Part shown: positions 46,724 to 55,879 of the stretch, piece by piece
Layout: each line of letters starts with the position of its first letter
How positions within the stretch are numbered: position 1 is the stretch's first letter
DNA from: an uncultured Syntrophaceae bacterium
GTDB lineage: Bacteria > Desulfobacterota > Syntrophia > Syntrophales > UBA2210
Direction of reading: 5' to 3'
Assembly (NCBI GenBank): GCA_964610735.1
Contig: CAZSYH010000003.1
Span: 8,083 to 72,082, forward strand
DNA: 64,000 bases
The notes under the pieces: generated by a model
Database searches by the model: none
What the model was told of the DNA's origin: nothing
Seen by the model: only the letters and a program-made list of their open reading frames with translations
Made by a program: the position numbers and the translations under genes

Positions 46724-48138
46724 TGTTCTTTCTCCATCTTCTCTTCGGCAAACAGGTCATAATCATCTGCTGAAACTACCAGGCATTTCACAATATCACC
46801 AATCGTCTTTTCTCTTGCCGTAACGTAGGCGATGCCGTCTATGTCAGGCGCCTGCCTTCTCGCCCTTCCTATATAATCATATCCCGGAAGGTCCGACTCC
46901 TCTTCTATGACTATTTCCATTGTGGAACCGATAAGCGCTTGATTTATCTCACGGGAGATCAATGCCTGCTCCTCCATTATAATCCCCCTCCTGAGTTCTT
47001 TTACACTCTCGGGGACATGGCCGGGGAGCGCGTCTGCCACGGTTCCCTCTTCTCTCGAATACTCAAACACCCCCACATGATCAAATCTTGTCTCTCTTAC
47101 AAACGCGAGGAGCCTGTCAAACCTCTCCTGTGTCTCTCCAGGGAATCCCACAATCAGTGATGTCCTCAGGGCCACGCCGGGAATAATCTTTCTGGCGCTC
47201 GCTACAACGTTTCTTATAAGTCTGCTGTCGCCCTTTCTGTTCATGGAGCCCAGAACATCGTCATCTATGTGCTGTACAGGAATATCGATATAGTTGCATA
47301 TTTTTTCGACATCATGGATAGTCTGAAAAAGTTCGTCATCCAGATCCGCGGGATATGTGTAGAGCAGCCTGATCCACCTGATCCCGTCTATCAGGGCAAT
47401 TTCTCTCAGCAGCGAGATCAACCCGGATCTATAGCCAAGGTCTCTCCCGTAAAGAGTTGTCTCCTGGGCCGCTATAATAATCTCCTTAACGCCCCCCTGC
47501 GCAAGCGTTTCAGTCTCCTGTAGTATATCATCCATAGGTCGGCTTCTGAACTTTCCCCTGACGAGTGGTATTACGCAGTAGGAACAGCGGTTGGAGCATC
47601 CCTCGGCGATTTTCAGATACGCGGTATAGGGTGGCGTCGACAACAGACGCGGGTGCGAGGAGCTCATAAGAAAATCAGGTTTTCCTATGCAGGAAAGCTG
47701 CCCCGGTCCCCCCTTTTTTTGAAGAGATGCCACGAGATCGGCTATGCGGGAAATCTCACCCGTTCCCAGGAAAAGATCAACTTCAGGAATCTCTTTTTCG
47801 AGTACGGCTCCATATCTCTGAGGCAGGCATCCCGCGACTACCAAATGCCGGCACCGTCCCCTCCTTTTCAGCTCCGCCATACGGAAGATTTCATCAATCG
47901 ACTCTTCCTTTGCCGGAAGGATAAAGGCGCAGGTATTGATGATTATTATATCCGCGTCTTCAGGAAGGGAGGCGATTTCAAACCCGCGTCCAACCAGAGC
48001 GGCGGCCATCACTTCTGAATCTATGAGGTTTTTGGGACATCCCAAGCTTATGATATGGGCTTTGTTTTTCAATTTATCGGGGAAGCTTTCCGGCCAATAT
48101 CTTGCGGGGTTTGGCGCCGTCTGATGGGCCCACAACAC
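46720..48138 (-). CDS. rimO: Ribosomal protein S12 methylthiotransferase RimO (radical SAM, MiaB family, TRAM domain)
   Basis: ...AHIISLGCPKNLIDSE..., radical-SAM CSNRCSYC, C-terminal TRAM. Start uncertain: GTG 48138 has GGAGG 6 nt upstream; TTG 48072 (right after the ftsK stop) and TTG 48162 are alternatives. Confidence 0.85.
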   Translation of the reverse strand: MLWAHQTAPNPARYWPESFPDKLKNKAHIISLGCPKNLIDSEVMAAALVGRGFEIASLPEDADIIIINTCAFILPAKEESIDEIFRMAELKRRGRCRHLVVAGCLPQRYGAVLEKEIPEVDLFLGTGEISRIADLVASLQKKGGPGQLSCIGKPDFLMSSSHPRLLSTPPYTAYLKIAEGCSNRCSYCVIPLVRGKFRSRPMDDILQETETLAQGGVKEIIIAAQETTLYGRDLGYRSGLISLLREIALIDGIRWIRLLYTYPADLDDELFQTIHDVEKICNYIDIPVQHIDDDVLGSMNRKGDSRLIRNVVASARKIIPGVALRTSLIVGFPGETQERFDRLLAFVRETRFDHVGVFEYSREEGTVADALPGHVPESVKELRRGIIMEEQALISREINQALIGSTMEIVIEEESDLPGYDYIGRARRQAPDIDGIAYVTAREKTIGDIVKCLVVSADDYDLFAEEKMEKEQ

Positions 48139-50311
48139 CTTCCGCCTCCATTTTTTCCACAATGCGGGCGGCCCTGTTATAGCCTATCTTCATATATCGT
48201 TGAACCAGAGAGATGGAGGCCTGCCCCAGATCGGTAACCAGTTCGACCGCCTCATCATATTTTTCATCAAATTCTTCTTCCGCCCTTGCCCCTTCTTGTT
48301 CCGGGCTATAATGGGATATCGATTCATCGTAGGAGGGCTTCCCCTGCTTTGCAATAAAGCTTACAATTTTTGTAATCTCTCTGTCAGAAACAAAAGCGCC
48401 ATGGATGCGCACAAGGTTGGATGTACCAGGTGGAACAAAAAGCATATCACCCGCCCCTAGGAGTTTCTCGGCACCGAGCTGATCAAGTATCGTCCTCGAA
48501 TCAACTTTTGATGATACCTGAAACGATATACGCGTGGGGAAATTGGCCTTTATGATACCGGTAATAACATCAACGGAGGGTCTCTGTGTAGCCAGGATGA
48601 GATGTATCCCCGCGGCTCGTGCCATCTGCGCGATCCGGGCAAGAGATGTTTCAACGTTCCTCTGGGCCACCATCATCAGGTCGGCCAGTTCATCTATAAT
48701 AACAATTATGTATGGCAATTTCTCCGGGGTCATTTCGGATTCTTCTCCTGAAGTCGGGGCAGAAACCCCTGACATCTGCTTTTTGGCCTCGTTTTGCTCC
48801 TTCTCCACCATTCTGTTGTATCGCTCTATGCTCTTAACGCCCATAGCGGCTATTACGGCATACCGTCTTTCCATCTCATCGACGGTCCATTGCAGCGCCT
48901 TTGACGCCTCCTTGGGATTGACTACCACCGGGTGGAGGAGATGCGGTATCCCTTCATACCCTGACAATTCAAGTCTTTTCGGGTCAATCATTATAAACTT
49001 TACTTCGTCCGGCGTTGCCTTGAACAGTATACTGCATATCATGGCGTTGAGAGATACACTCTTGCCCGAACCGGTTGTCCCTGCGATAAGAAGATGAGGC
49101 ATCCTGGTAAGATCAGCTATCACCGTTCTCCCCGTGATATTCTTTCCAAGTGCTATAGGTAATTTGTATTTTGATTCCAGGAATTCTTCACTCTCTAGAA
49201 CATCTCTGAGATATACTGGTTCTCTCTCCTGGTTGGGAATTTCGATACCGATTGCGGCCTTACCAGGAATAGGCGCTAATATCCTGATACTCTGCGCCTT
49301 TAATGCCAGGGCCAGGTCATCGGAAAGATTGGTTATCTTATTTATCTTTACACCGGCTGCCGGTTCAAGCTCGTACATGGTGACAACAGGACCCGGTTTC
49401 ACCTCTGTGACGTTGCCTTCCACCCCGAAATCCGCCAGCTTTTTCTCAAGGATACGAGAATTCATGATAAGACTTTCTCTCTTCATTCTCGTATTTCTGA
49501 TCTCTACCTTGTCAAGAAGGTCCAGTGAAGGAAGCGTAAAAGTTCCTTCCAGATGCAAAAATTCGAAGGCGGCCTGCTCGTCCTTTTGCTTCTCTTCCTT
49601 CTGCCCAACCTCATCGGAGATAACCGGAATATTTCTCGACACTCCGGATTTTTTATGTTTTGTGACAGCCTTTTTCCTTCTCACTCTCCCCATCCCGACC
49701 ACCACAAATGTCTTGAGTCTCAGCAGTGTGCTCGACAGCAGTATTGCCAGTCTCCTCACAAGTTCTACAAGCGAGACATCAAGCGTAACCATTAAGGATA
49801 TCATTAGGATAACAACCAGAACAATGTCGGTTCCCATCTGGTTCAGGTAGGAATACAATACTTTCAACGAATACTTCCCGAGAAGTCCGCCCGCGTTAAA
49901 ATCCACGCCGGAAAAAGAGATAGAGCCATACTCTTCCGTCAGAAGCGCCGATATGGCAAAAACAAGGCCGATAAAACCAAAGATGGGAGAAAAGGCCAGC
50001 CCGAACTTTCCGCCGAGAAACAGTTTGAAAGAAAACAGCACAAGCAACACGGGCACAAGATAGGACGTCATGCCGAAAATTTTGAGCATGCCATCCGAGA
50101 GATAGGAGCCTGCAAGGCCTCCGTAATTGGCTACCGCAACCTTGCCGGCTACATAGTGCGTGAGAGAGGGGTCATGGGGATTATAGGAAAAGAGGCATAG
50201 AAAGACAAAAGCAGCAAGGGCGAGGGATACGACACCTGTCATTTCCTTTATCCGTCTGTTCTCTCCTTCTGCGTGTTTTTTGCTCAAATTCAACCCCCTG
50301 ATGGCCAACAA
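48074..50311 (-). CDS. ftsK: DNA translocase FtsK/SpoIIIE
   Basis: 745 aa. N-terminal TM helices, Walker A ...AGTTGSGKS..., C-terminal gamma (winged-helix) domain ...SISLVQRYMKIGYNRAARIVE... Confidence 0.9.
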   Translation of the reverse strand: MLAIRGLNLSKKHAEGENRRIKEMTGVVSLALAAFVFLCLFSYNPHDPSLTHYVAGKVAVANYGGLAGSYLSDGMLKIFGMTSYLVPVLLVLFSFKLFLGGKFGLAFSPIFGFIGLVFAISALLTEEYGSISFSGVDFNAGGLLGKYSLKVLYSYLNQMGTDIVLVVILMISLMVTLDVSLVELVRRLAILLSSTLLRLKTFVVVGMGRVRRKKAVTKHKKSGVSRNIPVISDEVGQKEEKQKDEQAAFEFLHLEGTFTLPSLDLLDKVEIRNTRMKRESLIMNSRILEKKLADFGVEGNVTEVKPGPVVTMYELEPAAGVKINKITNLSDDLALALKAQSIRILAPIPGKAAIGIEIPNQEREPVYLRDVLESEEFLESKYKLPIALGKNITGRTVIADLTRMPHLLIAGTTGSGKSVSLNAMICSILFKATPDEVKFIMIDPKRLELSGYEGIPHLLHPVVVNPKEASKALQWTVDEMERRYAVIAAMGVKSIERYNRMVEKEQNEAKKQMSGVSAPTSGEESEMTPEKLPYIIVIIDELADLMMVAQRNVETSLARIAQMARAAGIHLILATQRPSVDVITGIIKANFPTRISFQVSSKVDSRTILDQLGAEKLLGAGDMLFVPPGTSNLVRIHGAFVSDREITKIVSFIAKQGKPSYDESISHYSPEQEGARAEEEFDEKYDEAVELVTDLGQASISLVQRYMKIGYNRAARIVEKMEAEGVVGPSDGAKPRKILAGKLPR

Positions 50312-50318
50312 GACTAAT

Positions 50319-51167
50319 TTAAATTGCCTTAATAATCAATGTGGAAATTCCAAGAATCCAGCAGTAATAAGCAAATATACTCAACTTATGTTTGCTTATT
50401 ATAAAGAGCAGAAGTTTCAGCGTCAGAAAACCGGTCACAGCGGCGACAACCATCCCGGTAAAATATACCGCTATGTCACCCGGAGGTATCATCCCGATGT
50501 ATTTTGACTCAAGCACAACTGCGCCTAATATTGCGGGGATGGAGAGTAGGAATGAAAATCTGGCCGCTGTCTGGCCATCCAGTCCCCTGAAGATGCCAAA
50601 GGCTATCGTGGAGCCGGATCTTGATATTCCAGGGATCAGCGAAATTCCCTGAACAATCCCGATCACCACGCTGTCGATTATATTCATGTCCTTTTCCACC
50701 CTCCTGCCGTCATGAAATCTGTCAGACATAAACAGCAGCAACCCGGTAATAAGCAACATAAAAGAAACTGTCGTTGCGGATGTAAAAAGATCGTGTATTC
50801 TCTCCTCGAATGACAGACCTATAACCCCTGTAAATACGGTCCCTGTGATGATATAGAGGGCCATTTTTCTCCCGGAACGTACCTGCATAGGGTCTTGGCC
50901 TCTCTTGGTGTTCCGGAACCATCCGACCGGTATGAGTGATATCAGGATATCCAGAATTTCTTTCCTGAAAAAAACCAGCACAGCCAGAAGCGTCCCGAAA
51001 TGCAGCATTACATCAAATACTACTCCCGGCTGCTGAAACTCCATAAAACTTTGCACTATTACCAGATGGCCGGAACTGCTCACAGGAAGAAATTCCGTCA
51101 GCCCCTGTATTACACCAAGCAGGATCCCGTCCCAAAGATTCAAAATTGTTCCTTTCCTGTCGCTCAA
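50319..51167 (-). CDS. uppP: Undecaprenyl-diphosphate phosphatase
   Basis: ...GVIQGLTEFLPVSSSGH..., ...PGISRSGSTI... The track start is TTG 51167. TTG 51143 with AGGAAAGGA upstream is an alternative. Confidence 0.9.
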   Translation of the reverse strand: MSDRKGTILNLWDGILLGVIQGLTEFLPVSSSGHLVIVQSFMEFQQPGVVFDVMLHFGTLLAVLVFFRKEILDILISLIPVGWFRNTKRGQDPMQVRSGRKMALYIITGTVFTGVIGLSFEERIHDLFTSATTVSFMLLITGLLLFMSDRFHDGRRVEKDMNIIDSVVIGIVQGISLIPGISRSGSTIAFGIFRGLDGQTAARFSFLLSIPAILGAVVLESKYIGMIPPGDIAVYFTGMVVAAVTGFLTLKLLLFIISKHKLSIFAYYCWILGISTLIIKAI

Positions 51168-51191
51168 GAGAATATGGCGTTAATTGTCAAA

Positions 51192-51207
51192 TCCCGACAA
51201 GTCGGGA
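51192..51207. repeat. 16-nt palindrome TCCCGACAAGTCGGGA (identical to 11727-11742)
   Basis: In the divergent uppP/ssb spacer, 10 nt from a TTGACG -35-like hexamer (51217-22). Confidence 0.8.
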
Positions 51208-51307
51208 CACAGGCACTTGACGCGCGCGATTTTTGTACTTAATAACACAAATGAAGTCAATGGATAATATATAATCTGCATGCTAACATAAAATCATAAA
51301 TAATTCA

Positions 51308-51336
51308 TTGACAGCGATCCCGTTGAGCAATACACT
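51308..51336 (+). promoter_or_regulatory. Sigma70-type promoter candidate for ssb
   Basis: TTGACA (51308-13), 17-nt spacer, TACACT (51331-36). A second candidate is TTGACG (51217-22), 17 nt, TAATAA (51240-45). Confidence 0.45.
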
Positions 51337-51375
51337 TTATACACTGTTTTATAAAAAGACTACGAGGAGAGACAA

Positions 51376-51801
51376 ATGGTTAACAAAGTTATATTGATTG
51401 GAAGACTGGGAGCGGATCCGGAGGTAAAATACGCCCAGGATGGTGCAATGGTAACCAATTTCAACCTGGCCACTGATGAACAATGGAAGGATAAGAATGG
51501 GGAAAAGGTTCAGAAAACAGAGTGGCACAAGATCGTCACTTTCAGAAAACTGGCGGAGATCTGCGGCAGCTATCTGGCCAAGGGAAGACTGGTCTACATA
51601 GAAGGCCGGCTGCAAACAAGGACTTGGGATGACAAGGATGGTAACAAACGTTACACCACAGAGATAGTTGCCTCCAACATGCAGATGCTGGAAAGGAAGG
51701 AACAGGGCGCCTATCAATCGAATGGGCAGGCAGAAAGACAGGGTAAGGGGATCTCATCCCCTGCGGGGTCGGCGATATCTGAAGATGACGTCCCCTTTTA
51801 A
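51376..51801 (+). CDS. ssb: Single-stranded DNA-binding protein
   Basis: [19 protein letters not shown]..., OB-fold, acidic tail ...EDDVPF. Confidence 0.95.
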   Translation: MVNKVILIGRLGADPEVKYAQDGAMVTNFNLATDEQWKDKNGEKVQKTEWHKIVTFRKLAEICGSYLAKGRLVYIEGRLQTRTWDDKDGNKRYTTEIVASNMQMLERKEQGAYQSNGQAERQGKGISSPAGSAISEDDVPF

Positions 51802-51901
51802 CGGGTTTGATTTGCCGGAGTTTGGTTGATTAATAACAAAATGCCACTCCGCGTTCCGCCACAGAGTGGTTTAGTTATAGCCATTCAAGGTCTGCAGTTA
51901 C

Positions 51902-51937
51902 CGGTTCACGGTTGAAAAAACAGGGGACTGTGAACCG
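51902..51937. terminator. Hairpin between convergent ssb and tatA
   Basis: CGGTTCACGG (51902-11) / CTGTGAACCG (51928-37), 10 bp including one G.U, with a 16-nt A-rich loop. No clean T-run. Confidence 0.35.
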
Positions 51938-51957
51938 ACAGCCGTCAACGGTTGTGC

Positions 51958-52149
51958 TTATTTTTTATCATCATTGATTTTCCTGTGATCTTCGGTGTTT
52001 TCCACCTCATCGGAGTCCTGGAAAGACTTCTTAAAATTTTTAATACCCTTGCCGATGGCTCCCCCTATTTCAGGAAGCTTTCCCGCGCCAAAGATAATAA
52101 GAATAATCACCAGGATAATCAACAACTCGGGCATGCCTATTCCGAACAT
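51958..52149 (-). CDS. tatA: Twin-arginine translocase subunit TatA
   Basis: Trimmed to ATG 52149 (SD AGAGGTGA). [43 protein letters not shown]. Confidence 0.85.
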   Translation of the reverse strand: MFGIGMPELLIILVIILIIFGAGKLPEIGGAIGKGIKNFKKSFQDSDEVENTEDHRKINDDKK

Positions 52150-52211
52150 ACTTGATTCACCTCTTGACACAGAGCGCATTAAGCCCCGTCTTTTAGTTTT
52201 TTGAAATCCTC

Positions 52212-52227
52212 TCCCGATAAATCGGGA
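52212..52227. repeat. 16-nt palindrome variant TCCCGATAAATCGGGA
   Basis: Perfect palindrome with 7-bp arms, between the rodZ stop (52288) and the tatA start (52149). Confidence 0.75.
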
Positions 52228-52287
52228 CCTTCAATGGTCTCTTTTCTCTGAGATTAGGTTATAAGATTGTCCTTGTCAACACCTGTT

Positions 52288-53259
52288 TCACATATCCGCC
52301 GGCAGTGTCAGGAGTACAACCTCCCCGTGCTTACCTATAATGCCGAGTGGCTTTCCCTGAAAACTGATATCCACACCCGCCGCATTGCCAATGATCAGCC
52401 CGAATTTCTCCGACGCCTTTTCTGTAATCCGTTCTCCCGGCCTTAACATTACCTCAAATGGAGGCTTTTCATCCCGGTTTATCTGTATCCAGGTCAATTC
52501 CGACGCTTCTATTACAAGGGTATAAGGCGCTTCTTCAGTCGGTACAGCCTCATCTGGAACATCTTTTTCACCGACCACAGTTTCGTCGGAAGTGGTTTCT
52601 TCCGTTGGCCGCTCACCTTCAATCTCCGGCTGTCTGTCTCTTTCGATCACCTGACCTGTGTCTTTTATGTCATTCACATCAGAAATGTCTGTTGATCCGG
52701 ATAAATCGGAACTTTCCGTCTCCAGTGTCTTGTCATCTTTCTCCAGTGCTGGCACATCCCCGGAGAAATCCTGAAGCTTCTCGGCACTTTCAATCTCCCC
52801 GACAGGCGCCAGTTCTTTCATTTCCCTACTGTCATCGAAACTCCATTGATGGAGGTAGAAAAATCCTGTGATTACTATCACACATGATGCAATCGTCAGC
52901 CAGATCCAGTATTTCGTGTGACGCTTTTTCCCTGCGAGTTTTTTTAATATTTTATTCCGGTTTTTATCGGGTTCCAGACTCTCCAGATATTTATCATAGA
53001 GTGAGAGTGCCTCTTCGCCACCAATATCAAGTGCCCGGGCATACGCACGGATAAAAGCCCTAGCATATATTGGATCTGGAAGCAGTTCAAATTTTTGCTC
53101 TTCGATAGCCTTAAGATTTGAAAGACTCACTTTTGTGGAGGAGGACATATCCTTTAAAATAAGTCCCCTGGATTTTCTGATCGCTTTCAGATCCAAAGTG
53201 GGATTTTCCAAAATGACATCCATTTCTTTCAAATCAATGCCATTTTCCTTCTCATCCAT
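52288..53259 (-). CDS. rodZ: RodZ-like cytoskeleton protein (HTH, TM, acidic linker, C-terminal DUF4115-like domain)
   Basis: ...LKAIRKSRGLILKDMSSSTKVSLSNLKAIEEQKFELLPDPIYARAFIRAYARAL... (HTH), one TM (YWIWLTIASCVIVITGFFYL), C-terminal ...LVIEASELTWIQINRDEK...GNAAGVDISFQGKPLG. Start ATG 53259 or 53340. Confidence 0.75.
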   Translation of the reverse strand: MDEKENGIDLKEMDVILENPTLDLKAIRKSRGLILKDMSSSTKVSLSNLKAIEEQKFELLPDPIYARAFIRAYARALDIGGEEALSLYDKYLESLEPDKNRNKILKKLAGKKRHTKYWIWLTIASCVIVITGFFYLHQWSFDDSREMKELAPVGEIESAEKLQDFSGDVPALEKDDKTLETESSDLSGSTDISDVNDIKDTGQVIERDRQPEIEGERPTEETTSDETVVGEKDVPDEAVPTEEAPYTLVIEASELTWIQINRDEKPPFEVMLRPGERITEKASEKFGLIIGNAAGVDISFQGKPLGIIGKHGEVVLLTLPADM

Positions 53260-53395
53260 AGCAGCCGACGCACCGATTCCTTTAAAAATATTGAAACATC
53301 TATCATTAATCAACAGGTGAAGCAACAGAATTTGTTTCACCTGTTTTGCAAAATCGTGTTAAGTATCTCCCTATAATACCCGATCAAGGAGAAGT

Positions 53396-54196
53396 ATGAT
53401 GACAGAATATGGGGAATTTGCCATATCCATCGCCAGGGTTGCCGGATCGCTTCTGAAAGATAGATTCAGTGAAAATCACGAGGTAGATTACAAAGGGGAA
53501 ATCGATATCGTTACGGAGGCGGACAGGATGTCCGAAAAGATACTGATAACAGAAATCGTCAGGAAATTCCCCGATCACAATATACTGTCGGAGGAGTCGA
53601 TAGAGATAAAAAAAGGCTCCCGATACAGATGGATAATTGATCCTCTCGACGGAACGACCAACTATGCCCACGGGTTCCCCGTTTTTTGCGTCTCCATTGC
53701 TCTGGAAAAAGACGGAGAGATCATAACAGGCGTAATATACAATCCTGTATCAGAGGAATTGTTTGTGACCGAAAAGGGTGAAGGGGCATTCATGAACGGT
53801 TCGAGTATTTCAGTTTCCAAGACTACGAAGATTTCGAGAAGCCTGCTGGCAACCGGCTTCCCTTATGACATAAGGAGGGACCCGAATAAGAACATCAACT
53901 ATTTTGGTGGAATGGTCCTGGAGGCACAGGCTATTCGTCGTGCCGGATCCGCAGCACTTGATCTGGCCCACACAGCGGCGGGCCGCTTCGACGGTTTCTG
54001 GGAACTCAAACTGCATCCATGGGATACAGCAGCCGGATGGCTCCTCGTAAATGAGGCGGGCGGAACCATAACCGATATTTTCGGCAACCCCTACCGTCTC
54101 GACTCTCCAAGCATACTGGCGTCAAACGGGAAAATACATGACAGCATGATCCACATACTGGGTAGTATCAACCCGGCCGACAAAAGACTTCTCTGA
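53396..54196 (+). CDS. suhB: Inositol monophosphatase family protein
   Basis: ...WIIDPLDGTTNYAHG..., ...WDTAAG... Confidence 0.85.
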   Translation: MMTEYGEFAISIARVAGSLLKDRFSENHEVDYKGEIDIVTEADRMSEKILITEIVRKFPDHNILSEESIEIKKGSRYRWIIDPLDGTTNYAHGFPVFCVSIALEKDGEIITGVIYNPVSEELFVTEKGEGAFMNGSSISVSKTTKISRSLLATGFPYDIRRDPNKNINYFGGMVLEAQAIRRAGSAALDLAHTAAGRFDGFWELKLHPWDTAAGWLLVNEAGGTITDIFGNPYRLDSPSILASNGKIHDSMIHILGSINPADKRLL

Positions 54197-54257
54197 GCAC
54201 CTCCAAAGTGGCGGGCCGCAATATAAATTTTCTCTACTGTCATGCCAACGATACTCC

Positions 54258-54339
54258 GTCATTTCGAAGGAGTTTTCACAACTGAGAAATCTTAGATTTC
54301 ACCCTGACGGGCACTATAGCTTCCCGCGGTCGAAATGAC
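54258..54339. repeat. REP/MITE-like element with GTCATTTCGA termini
   Basis: 10-bp perfect IR GTCATTTCGA (54258-67) / TCGAAATGAC (54330-39) enclosing an inner hairpin GAAATC tta GATTTC (~54285-54299). A GTCATGCCAACG half-copy lies at 54239-54250. Confidence 0.6.
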
Positions 54340-54466
54340 ATTTCTTGATTGACACGACACTACGGAAAAATCTTAAAATCATGATGGGTGGCACAGGAGT
54401 ATTACAAAGGAGGCGCCCAAAAGCCCCACGATGCACCTTCGGGGCGAGACCTTATTAAGTGGGTTA

Positions 54467-54757
54467 TTATCGTATCTTTAGTTTTTTTATCTTAGAATGA
54501 AGAGTATTTCTGTTTATACCGAGGAAATCGGCGGCGGCTGTTTTTACATTATTAGAGCGTCTCATTGCAATCTTTATCAGGGCCTTTTCGACCATTGACA
54601 GGACTTCGTCATATATCCCATCGCTGCCGTTTCCCCCGCAACCAAGAATCGTAACGACCTTGTCAATCCTCTTCTCGAGAATCTCTTCTATAAGAGGAAA
54701 AGATGTTTTATCAATCTCTTCACGAATTACCGCTTTGATCTGCTCCCGCTTGCTCAT
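54467..54757 (-). CDS. Small Fis-family DNA-binding protein
   Basis: 96 aa. C-terminal HTH ...NVKTAAADFLGINRNTLHSKIKKLKI. Confidence 0.7.
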   Translation of the reverse strand: MSKREQIKAVIREEIDKTSFPLIEEILEKRIDKVVTILGCGGNGSDGIYDEVLSMVEKALIKIAMRRSNNVKTAAADFLGINRNTLHSKIKKLKIR

Positions 54758-54790
54758 AAAACGTTCTCTTGAGGTATATGAATGAATAGT

Positions 54791-55306
54791 TTAACAGACA
54801 ACCTTCAGGGCAATTGCCCCCAGAAGAATAACAAACGCAACCCACGCGGATACTATATCTGACATCTTTTTTACCGGATGTTCGATAACATTCCGAACAC
54901 CCTCTTCGACCTTTTCATGGTCGACATACCGGACAACATCTTTCACAAGAGAGGTAAAATTCCCATGGGAGTTGGCCAACGTGTGAAATCCTTTCGTAGT
55001 GGTCAGCAACAGATAAACCTTCTTATGCAAAGTCAGAACGTCTACATTGGTAATATCTTCCCACCGGAGCTGCTTTACCCTGAAAAGCTTTCTTATCCTG
55101 ATATCATCATCTCCAATGGTTGTCCTGAGCCGGGCCGATCCAAGAAAAATATAAAGGGTAGGGACCAATATAATGGAAAGAGCCACAGTCTCAGAAGAAA
55201 ACGCCCTGTCAAATATAGAGGTCACCAATAACACAAGGAGAAACACCGAATCCAGAAAAATGGGGAGAAGAAACGCCCCTCTCGTTTTATAGGTGTTTGC
55301 TTCCAT
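54791..55306 (-). CDS. Hypothetical membrane protein (2 N-terminal TM, PH-like soluble module, C-terminal TM)
   Basis: 171 aa. Hydrophobic segments FLLPIFLDSVFLLVLLVTSIF, LSIILVPTLYIFLG, AWVAFVILLGAIAL. Function unknown. Confidence 0.5.
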   Translation of the reverse strand: MEANTYKTRGAFLLPIFLDSVFLLVLLVTSIFDRAFSSETVALSIILVPTLYIFLGSARLRTTIGDDDIRIRKLFRVKQLRWEDITNVDVLTLHKKVYLLLTTTKGFHTLANSHGNFTSLVKDVVRYVDHEKVEEGVRNVIEHPVKKMSDIVSAWVAFVILLGAIALKVVC

Positions 55307-55312
55307 GGCAGG

Positions 55313-55792
55313 CTACTCTTCTCTTACAAAAGTACCGCTTTTGCCCCCGCTCTTTTTCAGCAGCTTTATATCAGACAGCACAATCGCCCTGTCCGCGGAT
55401 TTGCACATATCATATATCGTGAGCGCGGCCACGCTCACCGCCGTCATGGCCTCCATCTCCACGCCCGTTCTATGAAAGGTCTTGGCCATTGCATTAATAG
55501 CGATTTCACCCTTCTCAATATTACTCGAAAAATCAATGTCAATCCCGGTAAGCTCGAGGGGGTGACACATCGGAATAATGTCGCTTGTTTTCTTGGCAGC
55601 CATGATTCCCGCGATCTTCGCGGTGGCATAGACATTACCCTTTGAAACACCACCCGATTCAATGGCTCTCACGGTATCGGGCCTCATCAGTACTCTGCCG
55701 CTGGCAACAGCCTCCCTCAGGGTGGGTTCCTTGGCAGTTACATCGACCATCTTCGGCCTGTTATTTTCATCAAGATGCGTAAATTCCATCAT
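55313..55792 (-). CDS. moaC: Cyclic pyranopterin monophosphate synthase accessory protein MoaC
   Basis: 159 aa. ...THLDENNRPKMVDV..., ...KGNVYATAKIAGIMAAKKTSDIIPMCHPL... Confidence 0.9.
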   Translation of the reverse strand: MMEFTHLDENNRPKMVDVTAKEPTLREAVASGRVLMRPDTVRAIESGGVSKGNVYATAKIAGIMAAKKTSDIIPMCHPLELTGIDIDFSSNIEKGEIAINAMAKTFHRTGVEMEAMTAVSVAALTIYDMCKSADRAIVLSDIKLLKKSGGKSGTFVREE

Positions 55793-55879
55793 ATCCTTCC
55801 ATGTAACGGAGAAAATCTAACACAGCCCATCCATTCAGTCAAGAGAGTTAGAGACCACGGAAATAATATCCTTAATGTG

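Noticed and set aside
52458-52871. 137-aa + strand ORF opposite rodZ
   Set aside because: It is antisense to the acidic low-complexity linker of RodZ and has no signals.
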